DNA of 50,443 nucleotides from Actinomycetota bacterium (GCA_050694575.1 JBOGXL010000075.1:1-50443), one strand, 5' to 3'. Numbered from the stretch's first letter, positions 1 to 8,744 are shown. Made by a program: numbers and translations. The notes: a model not told the origin generated them from the letters alone.

Positions 1-1168
1 GCGCGCAACAAGCCCGTTGCGGCATCGACGATGCCGGCGTCCGAACCGACGACGACGAGACGAACACCGTCACCGAGCGTCGCCGTGGCGGCAGGCCGGG
101 TTCCCTCGGCCGTCTCCAGCCGCTCGATCACTATGTCGTCGGCGCTCTGTGTGGGCTGCACGCCTACAAGTGCAGGCTCGGTCGAGACCGACGCACGGCC
201 GACCAGGACGATCTCGGTATCCGGCGCGTACGGGCGCGCGGTGTTGCGCAGTCCTTCCGGCGACCGCGCCTGGGAGATACCCACGACCCCGACGAGCTGA
301 GCGGGGCTCGGCGCCCGACCCGGACGAAAAGCCGGGGCGGCACCGATCAACGCCAGACCGCGTCCGGCGATCTCGAACCCCGACGCCGCCGTGCCACCGA
401 GCGCCTCGCGCACGACCATGCTCGCGGCCAGATCCTCGCCGACGTAGGTCGGTTCGTCGGGGCCGCTGAAGACGAAGGCCCGCATGCCCCCTTGGCGGTC
501 GACGGCGACGACGGCCTCCATCGCATCGGTCCTCAAGCCCGCGCGCACCTGGACCGTCGCCCCCGGGATGGCCAGCTCGTCGGCGAGAAGCGGTGAGAGA
601 AGCGCCGCGCGCCGCTCCAACCCCCTGGCCTGTTCCGTCAACCCCGTGGCGACGGCCTTGGCTGCGCTGCCCAGTTGGCGGAGCTGCTCGTTGCGCTTGT
701 CCAGCGCCGCCACACGGGACACGGCTCCCCCGCCGACGACGACGGCTATCGCGAGCATCCCGACCAGGGCCGTGAGCACACGAAGGCGAACCGAGTCGCG
801 CGACGCGACCCACGCCCATCCGCCGACCATGAGCGAGCCCGCTGCGAGGAGGAGATGGGGGCCCAAGGTTGGATCAGCGATGCCGCCCCCGACGGCGGCG
901 CCCCACACGGCTGCAACGACGAGCAGCCCCGCGCCGGCGCCATACAGCCGAGGCGCGATCCCCGATCGCACGGCCGCGACGGACAACAGCAAGACCCCGA
1001 GGAAGCGGAGGATGACGAGCGCCGGATCGTCGTCCATCTCGAGGAGCCGGCCCGCGTGCAGACCTTCCCCGACGACGAACATCCCGGCCCCCAGCGCGCC
1101 CACCCATTGGTTGCGCACGAGCGACCACGCGAGCACCAGGGCACCCGCTGCGATACCGACGGCCTGCA
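1..1168 (-). CDS. Multi-pass membrane protein with a large soluble sensor-like C-terminal region (partial; runs off the left edge of the window)
   Basis: This is absent from the ORF track because it has no stop inside the window. My reverse-strand translation from 1204 downward stays open to position 1 (WNPTTAIPVHFTLQAVGIAAGALVLAWSLVRNQWVGALGAGMFVVGEGLHAGRLLEMDDDPALVILRFLGVLLLSVAAVRSG...). It shows several hydrophobic helices, then a coiled segment (ALDKRNEQLRQLGSAAKAV), and very high GC3. The first canonical start is TTG at 1168. Confidence 0.55.
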
Positions 1169-1204
1169 ACGTGAAGTGGACGGGGATGGCCGTCGTGGGG
1201 TCCA

Positions 1205-2254
1205 TCAGTGACACGTCCTCACGGCTGCGCCGGCCGAGCCGCGCAGCACATCTATCGTCTGTTTGAGGTCCTCGACGCCCACGACCGCCATCTCCTTGGC
1301 GACCGAGCATGCCTGGTCGAGCTCGGCCAGCGGGACGACGAACAGGTGGGCCCCTTGACGACGGGCGGATTCGACCTTTTGCCGGATGCCGCCAACGGGC
1401 CCGACGTCACCCTCGATCGAGATCTCGCCCGTGCCGGCGATGACACGTCCTCGTGTCAGGTCGGCCGCATCGAGGAGATCGTAGATCCCGACGGCGAAGA
1501 TCAGCCCGGCCGATGGCCCCCCAATCCCGAGCGAGTCGATGTCGATAGCCAGCGGCAGCCGCACGCGCGGAACCGTCTCCACATGGACACCGATGGCCGG
1601 GATCGATGGATCTTCGGGCAAGCCGACCGTGGTCGTACTGACGTCGACGGTGTCGGCTCCCCTGAGCACACGCAGACCGATGACGTCGCCGACCCGGTGC
1701 CGGCGGACGGCGGCACGGAGCTGCTCGTCCTGCGTGATGGGCTGGCCATCGACCCCGACCACGACATCGCCGCGGCGCAGGATCTCCGACGCCGGCACGT
1801 CCTCGTCTATCGCGCTGATCCGGACGCCCGAGGGTTCGATCTCGACGTCGTAGCCCAAGAGGTCGAGCGCGGCGGCGCCGGCCAGGACGTGAGATTCCTC
1901 CATCTGCGCGTTGGTCCGTTGCTCGACCTCCTCCTCGGATGAGTCGGCCGGGATGATCGCCGAGCGAGACAGGACGGCTATCGACGGATCGAACCAACCA
2001 CGCACCGCTTCGACCACCCTGATCTCATGGAGGGAAACCGTCGTCAGCAAGAGCTGACCGTTGACCGGCGTCGTCTTAGCGCCGTCGATCTGGATGAGCC
2101 GGCCGACGTCCTGGGCCGGGCCCGGCGTCAGCGCGAAGTACGGCACCCGGACGCCCAAGATTGCGACGATGAGTATCAGGGTGGCAGCCAGGGCCGCGGC
2201 ACCGCCGCCAAGCTCGGAGGCGGGTTTCGGACGCAAGACGCGTACGCTCTTCAA
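1205..2254 (-). CDS. PDZ domain-containing Lon-like (S16) serine protease, membrane anchored (YlbL/SdrC-like)
   Basis: ORF 1205..2302. It has an N-terminal TM helix, a PDZ segment (RRGDVVVGVDGQPI), and a Lon C-terminal protease fold (GPSAGLIFAVGIYD, GTGEISIEGDVGPVGGIRQKV). I prefer TTG 2254 because AGAGGA lies about 9 nt upstream; GTG 2302 is the maximal alternative. Confidence 0.85.
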   Translation of the reverse strand: MKSVRVLRPKPASELGGGAAALAATLILIVAILGVRVPYFALTPGPAQDVGRLIQIDGAKTTPVNGQLLLTTVSLHEIRVVEAVRGWFDPSIAVLSRSAIIPADSSEEEVEQRTNAQMEESHVLAGAAALDLLGYDVEIEPSGVRISAIDEDVPASEILRRGDVVVGVDGQPITQDEQLRAAVRRHRVGDVIGLRVLRGADTVDVSTTTVGLPEDPSIPAIGVHVETVPRVRLPLAIDIDSLGIGGPSAGLIFAVGIYDLLDAADLTRGRVIAGTGEISIEGDVGPVGGIRQKVESARRQGAHLFVVPLAELDQACSVAKEMAVVGVEDLKQTIDVLRGSAGAAVRTCH

Positions 2255-2278
2255 GTGACCGAGTCCTCTACGCCTAGG

Positions 2279-2434
2279 ATGCACGAACCACGTCCTTCCC
2301 ACCCCCGCGCAGCGCAGCCGGGGCCGGGTCCCTTGGCGCGACTCATCGCCTTCATCGTCTCGGTCGGGCTGGCCTGGGCGATCACCATCGCCGTCGTGGC
2401 ATGGCTTATCGGGCTCGTCTTCGCGCGGGGCTAG
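2279..2434 (+). CDS. Candidate small hydrophobic protein (51 aa, one TM helix)
   Basis: This is the tail of ORF 2027..2434 from ATG 2279 (MHEPRPSHPRAAQPGPGPLARLIAFIVSVGLAWAITIAVVAWLIGLVFARG). GC3 is high across the TM part. Its stop TAG abuts the subtilase stop (TAGCTA). No homology is recognised. Confidence 0.3.
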   Translation: MHEPRPSHPRAAQPGPGPLARLIAFIVSVGLAWAITIAVVAWLIGLVFARG

Positions 2435-3703
2435 CTACCGGCGCTTCAGGCGGAGATACAGGAAGGCCGCGCCGGCAGCCACCACCGCCCCCGCGCCGGC
2501 GAGGATGAACGGCAGAGAGCCGATCCCATCGTCCTCGATCCCGGCCTCGGGGCTAGGTATTGGAGGGGCCGGCGCCGACGGACCCGGCTCCGTGGTCGGC
2601 GTGGACGTGGTGACGCTTCGGCGCACCGCTCTCTCGCCCGACGCTCCGCGGCTGCCGCCGGCGGACGAGCCGGGCCTGCCCGTTGCCGAGGCACCCTCCG
2701 CCGAAGACCCGTCCCGACCGGCAGGGCCCTGTGCGCCCGCCTGGGCGGCGGCGGCGACGTCCAGGCGGCCGTGGCCGTACGTCGAGTCGTTGCCGCGGCT
2801 CCCGAGGTCCTTGGCCGTGTTCAGCAAGCGATCCACCGTCTGCTTCGGGGATAGCCCCATGCTGCGGAGGAGCGCGGCGGCTCCCGCGACGTGGGGCGTC
2901 GCCATCGAGGTCCCCATCGCGTACGCGTACGCCTTCTCGTCGGACGCCCACCACGTCGAGAAGATCATGTTCTCCTGACCGCCGTCGCTGGTCCCACCGG
3001 GCGCCGCGATGCCCCACGGCGCGAACCCTACACCCGTCGCATACGAAGCTTTGCGGTCGTCCGGTGTCGTTGCCGTGACGACTATGGCCTTGGCACGTCG
3101 CAACTCGGAGCGGAAGAGGGACTCGTTGCCGGCCGAGATGACCGGGATCACGCCGCGGCTCCAGGCGAAGTTCACCGCGTCGGTGAGCGTCCCGCCCGTG
3201 AGGAACTCGGTGATGAAGTCTGCGCTCAAGGAGAGGTTCACTACGTCGGCGCCGTGATCGACGGCCCAGCGGACGCCCTCCTCGATCCGGCTCAGGCTGC
3301 CGACCCCGTCGGCGTCGAGGACGCGCACGGGCATGATCTTCGCGTTCGGAGCCACACCGGCGACGCCTAGGCCGTTGTTGGCCACGGCCGCGGCGATACC
3401 GGCGACGTGCGTCCCGTGTCCGGCTTCGTCGCTCGCATCTGCGTCGTTGTCAACGAGGTCGTATCCCGGGACGACGTTGGCGCGCAGGTCTTCATGCGTC
3501 GCATCCACACCCGAGTCGACGATGGCGATGGTCACCCCGCGACCCGTCGCTGCGTTCCACGCAGCCTCGGCCCGCACTGTCCTGATCCCCCAGAGGGAGC
3601 CTGAGTAAAGATCTGTCGACGCGTTGGCATCGGGCACGAGGAAGCCGAGGAGGGACAAAGCAACAGCCGTCGTGACCAGGCGCAGACCGGTGCGTGATGT
3701 CAT
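2435..3703 (-). CDS. Subtilisin-like S8 serine protease with signal peptide and C-terminal TM anchor (mycosin-like architecture)
   Basis: ORF 2435..4033 trimmed to ATG 3703 (MTSRTGLRLVTTAVALSLLGFLV). Catalytic motifs are DSGVD, HGTHVAG and GTSMATPHVAG. A Ser/Pro/Gly-rich linker is followed by a hydrophobic helix and RLKRR at the C-terminus. Confidence 0.9.
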   Translation of the reverse strand: MTSRTGLRLVTTAVALSLLGFLVPDANASTDLYSGSLWGIRTVRAEAAWNAATGRGVTIAIVDSGVDATHEDLRANVVPGYDLVDNDADASDEAGHGTHVAGIAAAVANNGLGVAGVAPNAKIMPVRVLDADGVGSLSRIEEGVRWAVDHGADVVNLSLSADFITEFLTGGTLTDAVNFAWSRGVIPVISAGNESLFRSELRRAKAIVVTATTPDDRKASYATGVGFAPWGIAAPGGTSDGGQENMIFSTWWASDEKAYAYAMGTSMATPHVAGAAALLRSMGLSPKQTVDRLLNTAKDLGSRGNDSTYGHGRLDVAAAAQAGAQGPAGRDGSSAEGASATGRPGSSAGGSRGASGERAVRRSVTTSTPTTEPGPSAPAPPIPSPEAGIEDDGIGSLPFILAGAGAVVAAGAAFLYLRLKRR

Positions 3704-3785
3704 CACTCGCAGGGAAAACGCTACACGGTGGGCGAAGGTTTCGTGGGCGATGAGAACCCCCAGGTCACCTGCACACCTCAACCGA

Positions 3786-3791
3786 TACAAT
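3786..3791 (+). promoter_or_regulatory. Candidate -10 box (TACAAT) for a leaderless AKR transcript
   Basis: TACAAT lies 6 nt upstream of GTG 3798, and no SD is present. Confidence 0.45.
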
Positions 3792-3797
3792 CGCCCC

Positions 3798-4820
3798 GTG
3801 ATCCCCAAGCGAGCGTTCGGGACGTCGGGGGTAGAGGCGTCCGAGATCGGGTTCGGTGCCTGGACGCTCGGACTGGACTGGTGGGGAAAGGTCGATCCGG
3901 CCGATGCTGCACGGCTGGTGCGGCGCGCGATAGACCTCGGGATAACGTTCTTCGACACCGCGGACACGTACGGCGCCGGGGTGGGGGAAGAACGTCTCGC
4001 CGAAGCACTGGGTGACAGGCGCAGCGAGATCACCCTCGGGACGAAGTTCGGCTACGACATCACCGTTGCACACGATCAGTCCAGCCACTCCGAACGACCT
4101 CAGCGATGGGACCCCGCCTTCATCCGCGAGCGCTGCGAGGACTCCCTGCGTCGGCTCAGATCAGAGGTCATAGACGTCTACGAGCTCCACAATCCGCGGA
4201 TGCCGCAGATCGCCGACGACGACATCTTCTCCGTCCTCGAAGAGCTCAAAGCCGAAGGCAAGATCCAGACGTACGGCGTTGCCCTCGGCCCGGCCATCGG
4301 CTGGGAAGCAGAAGGTGTCGAGGCGATGCGCAACCGCGACATCGACGTCCTGCAGACCGTCTTCAACCTCCTGGAGCAGCGGCCGGGCGATGTGTTCCTC
4401 CGGGAGAACACCGGACGCGTGGGCGTTATCGCCCGGGTCCCGCACGCATCCGACGCTCTCGTGGGGAAGTTCACGTCAGCGACACTCGGCGACGACGTGT
4501 TCCCGGCCAACGACCATCGGTCCTTCCGCAAGCGCGCCTGGCTGGCCAGGGCCCTCCAGAAGGTCGATCAGCTCGACTTCCTGCTCGCAGATCGAACCAT
4601 CGGTCAAGCGGCTATCGCGTGGATCCTCGCGAACCCCGGGATCACAACCGTCCTGCCCACGGTGACCACCCAAGCGCAGCTCGAGGAGTTCGCCGGCGCC
4701 GCCGAGAAGGCAATGAGCGAAGAAGAGCTCGAACTGGTACGTGAGCTTTACGTGCGCGACTTCGGCCTGCCACCGGAAACGGCAGACGAACATACGGCGT
4801 TGCGCACGTCTGTGGGATAG
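3798..4820 (+). CDS. Aldo/keto reductase family oxidoreductase
   Basis: ORF 3624..4820. The AKR-type N-terminus is IPKRAFGTSGVEASEIGFGAWTLG, followed by GITFFDTADTYG. I chose the GTG 3798 start from -10 box spacing; ATG 3750 is the alternative. Confidence 0.88.
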   Translation: MIPKRAFGTSGVEASEIGFGAWTLGLDWWGKVDPADAARLVRRAIDLGITFFDTADTYGAGVGEERLAEALGDRRSEITLGTKFGYDITVAHDQSSHSERPQRWDPAFIRERCEDSLRRLRSEVIDVYELHNPRMPQIADDDIFSVLEELKAEGKIQTYGVALGPAIGWEAEGVEAMRNRDIDVLQTVFNLLEQRPGDVFLRENTGRVGVIARVPHASDALVGKFTSATLGDDVFPANDHRSFRKRAWLARALQKVDQLDFLLADRTIGQAAIAWILANPGITTVLPTVTTQAQLEEFAGAAEKAMSEEELELVRELYVRDFGLPPETADEHTALRTSVG

Positions 4821-4841
4821 CGGGGAGGAGGAGAAGCTGAC

Positions 4842-6341
4842 GTGACGGTACCGCTCGGCGAAGTGATGACACCCGATCCGCTCACGTCGTCCCCCAGCGC
4901 AGCGCTGGCCGACGTGGCCGCGACTATGCGTGAGCGGAGCGTGGGATCGGCGATAGTAGTGGCCGACGGAGGCGACGTCGTCGGGATCCTTACCGAACGC
5001 GACCTCGTCAAAGCGACGGCGGATGGGGCACATCCGACCGAAGCGCGCGTCGATCAATGGATGACACCCTCCCCCATCACCTTGCCCCCGGACGGCGACG
5101 TGACCCACGCGCTCGATCAGATGATCGAGCGGCACTTCCGTCACATCCCGATCGTCGACGGCGACAAGCTCGTCGGCGTCGTCTCGTTCAGACAGCTGAT
5201 CGAAGCGTCGAAGATCCGCAAGGTCGACCCGTGGGCACCCGGGACGGGCAAAGGCCTCGAGAACATCACGGTCGCCGAGACCGAGCTCTCCTACATCGAC
5301 GGTCAGGCGGGACGCCTGATCTACCGCGGGTACAACGCCGTCGACCTCGCGTTGAACAAGTCGTTCACCGACGTCTGGCACCTCCTGCACTTCGGCGAGT
5401 TCCCCTCCGACGACTCGTTCGCGCGGCGCCTCGCCGGGATGCGGAAGTCACCGCTCGACGTCCAGACGCTTCGCGATCTCGCCGAGGGGGCGGGAACGTT
5501 CATGGGCACCCTCCAAGCGGCCATCGCGCAGTGCGGCGCGACGTGGGGCCTCAGTTCTTGGCTCGAGCGCGATGTCGACGAGGTACAAGAAGAAGCGCTG
5601 CGGCTGGGCGCGGTGATCCCGACCCTCGTGTGCGCGCTCTGGCGGCTGAACCAGGGCCGGGAGCCGATCGAGCCGGATCCCAGCCTCGACGAGGCGGCGA
5701 ACTACCTGTGGATGATGCACGGCTCCAAGCCGAGCGACGATCAGGTCCTCGCCACCAACCAGTACCTGATCCTCCTCGCGGAGCACGGCATGAACGCGTC
5801 GACGTTCACGGCTCGTGTGGTGGCTTCGACGGGTGCCGACGTCGGTGCCGCCGTTGCCGGAGGCGCCGGCGCCCTCTCCGGTCCGCTGCACGGTGGTGCT
5901 CCGTCCCTCGTCCTCGACATGCTCGACGAGATCGGAACTCCGGAACGCGCCGACGAGTGGGTCAAGGACGCTATAGCGAAGGGCAGGCGCATCATGGGTT
6001 TCGGTCACCGCGTGTACAAGGCCGAGGACCCGCGCGCAGCCACCTTCCGCGACACGTCCTCGCAACTCCGCAGCGAACGCACGACGCTGGCCAAGGCCGT
6101 CGAAGCCACGGTTCTCGAGGAGCTCCGCGCAGCGAAACCGGGCCGAGCGCTCTACACCAACGTCGAGTTCTGGTCCGCCGTCGTTCTGGAGCACGCCGGC
6201 ATCCCGCGGCCGTTGTTCACAGCGACGTTCTGCGCTTCGCGGGCGATCGGCTGGACCGCGCACATCCTGGAGCAGGTGCGCGACAACCGATTGATCCGTC
6301 CGGACGCGGAATACATCGGACCGAAGGAACGCAAGCTGTAG
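4842..6341 (+). CDS. CBS-pair domain fused to citrate synthase / 2-methylcitrate synthase family enzyme
   Basis: Residues ~1-125 are a tandem CBS pair (VMTPDPLTSSP...IVVADGGDVVGILTERDL...IPIVDGDKLVGVVSFRQL). The rest is a citrate synthase fold (GLENITVAETELSYIDG, GPLHGGA, MGFGHRVYKAEDPR). The GTG start follows a GGAGGAGGAG SD. Confidence 0.9.
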   Translation: MTVPLGEVMTPDPLTSSPSAALADVAATMRERSVGSAIVVADGGDVVGILTERDLVKATADGAHPTEARVDQWMTPSPITLPPDGDVTHALDQMIERHFRHIPIVDGDKLVGVVSFRQLIEASKIRKVDPWAPGTGKGLENITVAETELSYIDGQAGRLIYRGYNAVDLALNKSFTDVWHLLHFGEFPSDDSFARRLAGMRKSPLDVQTLRDLAEGAGTFMGTLQAAIAQCGATWGLSSWLERDVDEVQEEALRLGAVIPTLVCALWRLNQGREPIEPDPSLDEAANYLWMMHGSKPSDDQVLATNQYLILLAEHGMNASTFTARVVASTGADVGAAVAGGAGALSGPLHGGAPSLVLDMLDEIGTPERADEWVKDAIAKGRRIMGFGHRVYKAEDPRAATFRDTSSQLRSERTTLAKAVEATVLEELRAAKPGRALYTNVEFWSAVVLEHAGIPRPLFTATFCASRAIGWTAHILEQVRDNRLIRPDAEYIGPKERKL

Positions 6342-6354
6342 GTGCCGGTGCGGC

Positions 6355-6618
6355 CTAGGCGCCCTTGCGGTGCCGCGCGCGGTGGAGACGGACCCGCCGG
6401 CCCGAGGGATGCATCGCTCGCGCCCGTGCGCGAGCCGACTCGCGCAGGGTGGCCTGAGCGTGGTGGATCTTGTGCAGGGAGCGGCGCGTCCGCTCGAAGC
6501 GCTCGAGGGATCGGCGGGCCGAGTGGCCCGAGCGCTCCCAGGCCACGAGGAACAGAACCGCCGTTATGAACAAAGCGATTCCGCCGAGGAGAAAAAGCAA
6601 TCCGGCGAATGAGCTCAC
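6355..6618 (-). CDS. Small membrane protein, hypothetical (87 aa)
   Basis: It has an N-terminal TM helix (FAGLLFLLGGIALFITAVLFLVAW) followed by a basic helical tail. GC3 is high. TAGCAT lies 6 nt upstream of GTG 6618. Confidence 0.45.
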   Translation of the reverse strand: MSSFAGLLFLLGGIALFITAVLFLVAWERSGHSARRSLERFERTRRSLHKIHHAQATLRESARARARAMHPSGRRVRLHRARHRKGA

Positions 6619-6624
6619 CGACGC

Positions 6625-6630
6625 ATGCTA
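6625..6630 (-). promoter_or_regulatory. Candidate -10 box (TAGCAT on minus strand) for the leaderless small membrane protein gene
   Basis: Plus-strand ATGCTA at 6625-6630 lies 6 nt from GTG 6618. Confidence 0.35.
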
Positions 6631-6672
6631 ACGATGACCCCCGGCCCGACTCAATCTGCCTGCTCGCACGGC

Positions 6673-6678
6673 TACAAT
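6673..6678 (+). promoter_or_regulatory. Candidate -10 box (TACAAT) for the leaderless siroheme decarboxylase gene
   Basis: TACAAT lies 6 nt upstream of in-frame GTG 6685. Confidence 0.45.
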
Positions 6679-6684
6679 CAGTCC

Positions 6685-7713
6685 GTGACCCAAACTCCCT
6701 CAGACGACGACCGACGGCTGCTCAACGCCGTTCAGAAGGAAGTGCCTCTCGTACCGCGCCCCTTCGCGGCCGTCGCCGACCAGCTCGGCGTGACGGAAAC
6801 GGACGTTCTCGAGGCCTTGGGTCGCTGGCGTGACTCCGAGCACGTGATCCGTCAGATCTCGGCGATCTTCGACACGCGAAAGCTCGGCTACAGGTCGACG
6901 CTCGTCGCGATGGCCGTTCCCGTCGATCGCATCGACGAGGCAGCAGAACTCGTCAACGCACATCCTGGGGTCTCTCACAACTACGAACGGTCACACGACT
7001 TCAATCTCTGGTTCACGGTCGCCGTTCCTCCCGGGATGGACCTCGAGACACACATCGATCGTTTGCACGAGCTCACCGGCGCGACGGCGACACGGATCCT
7101 GCCCACGCTGAAGATGTTCAAGATCGAAGTGCGGCTGGACATGGAGAGCGGCGTCTCCAACTCCGACGGTCCACCGCCACCGAAGGTCGAGATCCCACCG
7201 CTCACCGACGACGACATCCGTGCCATACGCGCACTGCAAGTGGACATGCCTCTCGTCCCCCGGCCCTTCGCGGCCGAAGCCGAAACCGTTGGGATGTCCG
7301 AGGAAGAGCTCCTCGGCTACGCGCAGAAGTTCGTCGACGATGGTCGGATGCGCCGGTGCGCGGCGATCCTCGCGCATCGCCGCGCGGGATTCCTCGCCAA
7401 CGGGATGGGCGTGTGGAAGATGCCCGAGGAGCATGCCGAAGAGCTGGGCTACCGCATCGCGTCATTCCCGCAAGTAACGCATTGCTATCAGCGTCCGACG
7501 TACGAGGACTGGCCGTACCGGGTGTTCTCGATGGTGCACGCTCGCACCGAGGACAAGGTCCGTGAGGTCATCGCGACGATCGCCGAGGAGACAGGATTGA
7601 GCGAGTTCGACATCCTTTTCTCGACGCGGGAGTTCAAGAAGACACGCGTCCCGTACTTCACCGGCCAGTACGAGGAGTGGGAGGAGCGCTACCTCAAGCC
7701 TTCTCCGGTCTAG
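6685..7713 (+). CDS. Fused siroheme decarboxylase (AhbA/AhbB, NirD/NirL-like; two Lrp/AsnC-type halves)
   Basis: ORF 6625..7713. It has an internal duplication in which each half starts with the motif VPLVPRPFAA (around residues 20-30 and 195-205 of the trimmed protein). The AsnC-type ligand-domain pattern includes HPGVSHNYER and FPQVTHCYQR. Confidence 0.82.
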   Translation: MTQTPSDDDRRLLNAVQKEVPLVPRPFAAVADQLGVTETDVLEALGRWRDSEHVIRQISAIFDTRKLGYRSTLVAMAVPVDRIDEAAELVNAHPGVSHNYERSHDFNLWFTVAVPPGMDLETHIDRLHELTGATATRILPTLKMFKIEVRLDMESGVSNSDGPPPPKVEIPPLTDDDIRAIRALQVDMPLVPRPFAAEAETVGMSEEELLGYAQKFVDDGRMRRCAAILAHRRAGFLANGMGVWKMPEEHAEELGYRIASFPQVTHCYQRPTYEDWPYRVFSMVHARTEDKVREVIATIAEETGLSEFDILFSTREFKKTRVPYFTGQYEEWEERYLKPSPV

Positions 7714-8722
7714 GTCTCCGCTTCCGGACGGCCGACCCGAGCAGCACGGCACCGAAGGTTCCGGCGATCAGGGCCGCCCGTCGCGGCCGGAACCGAGCCG
7801 GGCCGAGCGCGACCCACTCCTTGCGGGCGTCGGCGGCCTCTCGGACGGCGTCCTCGGTGCTCCGCTCGAAGGCAAAGCCCGCAGCCTTGATCCTGGCGCT
7901 GGACATGACCTGCGGGTACATCACCGTCCCGATGTCGGCGGCGGCCGGCGAAAGCCCCAATCGCGCCGTGATATCGAACACACGCCGGGCCCGCTCGAGG
8001 TCCAGGCTGATCCGCCGCTGCTCGTAGAGCTCCTCCTGACGCGGCACGGTGTCCTCGGCTCCCACATTGAAGATCCCCCGGAGCCGCCGGCTCAGCCCGA
8101 ACACCAGCGCCGCGGCGGCGTCGTCCTCGTGGACGGCCTGCGTCGGCGGCTCGTACTCCCGGATCACCAGCCGGACGGGCGACTCCACAACCGGGTTCGC
8201 CCCCAGGGTCGGCCCTCCGACCCACGCCAGGCGCAGGGTAGCCACGGCGACGTCGGGATGGGACTCGGCGAAGTACTGCACGACCCGCTCGGCTTCGGCC
8301 TTGCTCGTCGCATACGCGTTGGCCGGCGCCGGGCGCACGGCCGAGGATTCGGTGAGCGGGAAGTCGTTGTCGGCGTGATAGCCGTACACGCTGTGGCTCG
8401 AAGCGAACACGACGGTGCCCAGACCGACGCGATCGGCCGCGCCGACGACCGTCCGCGTTCCCGTGACGTTGACGTCGTGCGTCTCGGCGGGATCCTTCAG
8501 GTGGACGGCCGCGAGATGAACTACGGCGTCCGATCCTGCGATCACGTCGGCAAGATCCGGTGAACGGACGTCCAGACGGTAGAACTCGAGGTTCCGCGTC
8601 GAGACGCTCGGCTCCCTCACGTCGATCCCGATGACTCGCGAAACGTCCGGGTCGTTGCCGAGCCTCTCGAGGAGCTTGCGTCCGAGATACCCGGACGCGC
8701 CGGTGACGGCTACGGTGCGCAT
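7694..8722 (-). CDS. NAD-dependent epimerase/dehydratase (extended SDR) with C-terminal hydrophobic tail
   Basis: ORF 7694..8788 trimmed to ATG 8722 (MRTVAVTGASGYLGRKLL). A YxxxK-type motif is present (AYATSKAEAE). The C-terminal segment AALIAGTFGAVLLGSAV looks like a TM helix. Confidence 0.85.
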   Translation of the reverse strand: MRTVAVTGASGYLGRKLLERLGNDPDVSRVIGIDVREPSVSTRNLEFYRLDVRSPDLADVIAGSDAVVHLAAVHLKDPAETHDVNVTGTRTVVGAADRVGLGTVVFASSHSVYGYHADNDFPLTESSAVRPAPANAYATSKAEAERVVQYFAESHPDVAVATLRLAWVGGPTLGANPVVESPVRLVIREYEPPTQAVHEDDAAAALVFGLSRRLRGIFNVGAEDTVPRQEELYEQRRISLDLERARRVFDITARLGLSPAAADIGTVMYPQVMSSARIKAAGFAFERSTEDAVREAADARKEWVALGPARFRPRRAALIAGTFGAVLLGSAVRKRRPRPEKA

Positions 8723-8731
8723 GAACGTCCA

Positions 8732-8737
8732 TACACT
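8732..8737 (+). promoter_or_regulatory. Candidate -10 box (TACACT) for the leaderless hydrolase gene
   Basis: TACACT lies 7 nt upstream of ATG 8745. Confidence 0.4.
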
Positions 8738-8744
8738 AGCCGTC

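Noticed and set aside
1205-1207. The in-frame TGA after the Lon-like protease as a selenocysteine codon.
   Set aside because: I could find no SECIS-like hairpin immediately downstream, there is no selenoprotein context, and Lon/PDZ proteases are not known selenoproteins.
70-1266. ORFs 70..819 (-), 484..1266 (+), 675..1211 (+) and 746..1144 (-) at the left end.
   Set aside because: All are alternative frames of the real minus-strand membrane-protein gene, which is not in the track because it has no stop in the window. Their translations are Arg-rich nonsense.
3704-4033. A 110-aa N-terminal extension of the subtilase ORF (start at 4033).
   Set aside because: It would overlap the divergent aldo/keto reductase. 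The extension has no signal-peptide character, whereas ATG 3703 gives a textbook signal peptide.
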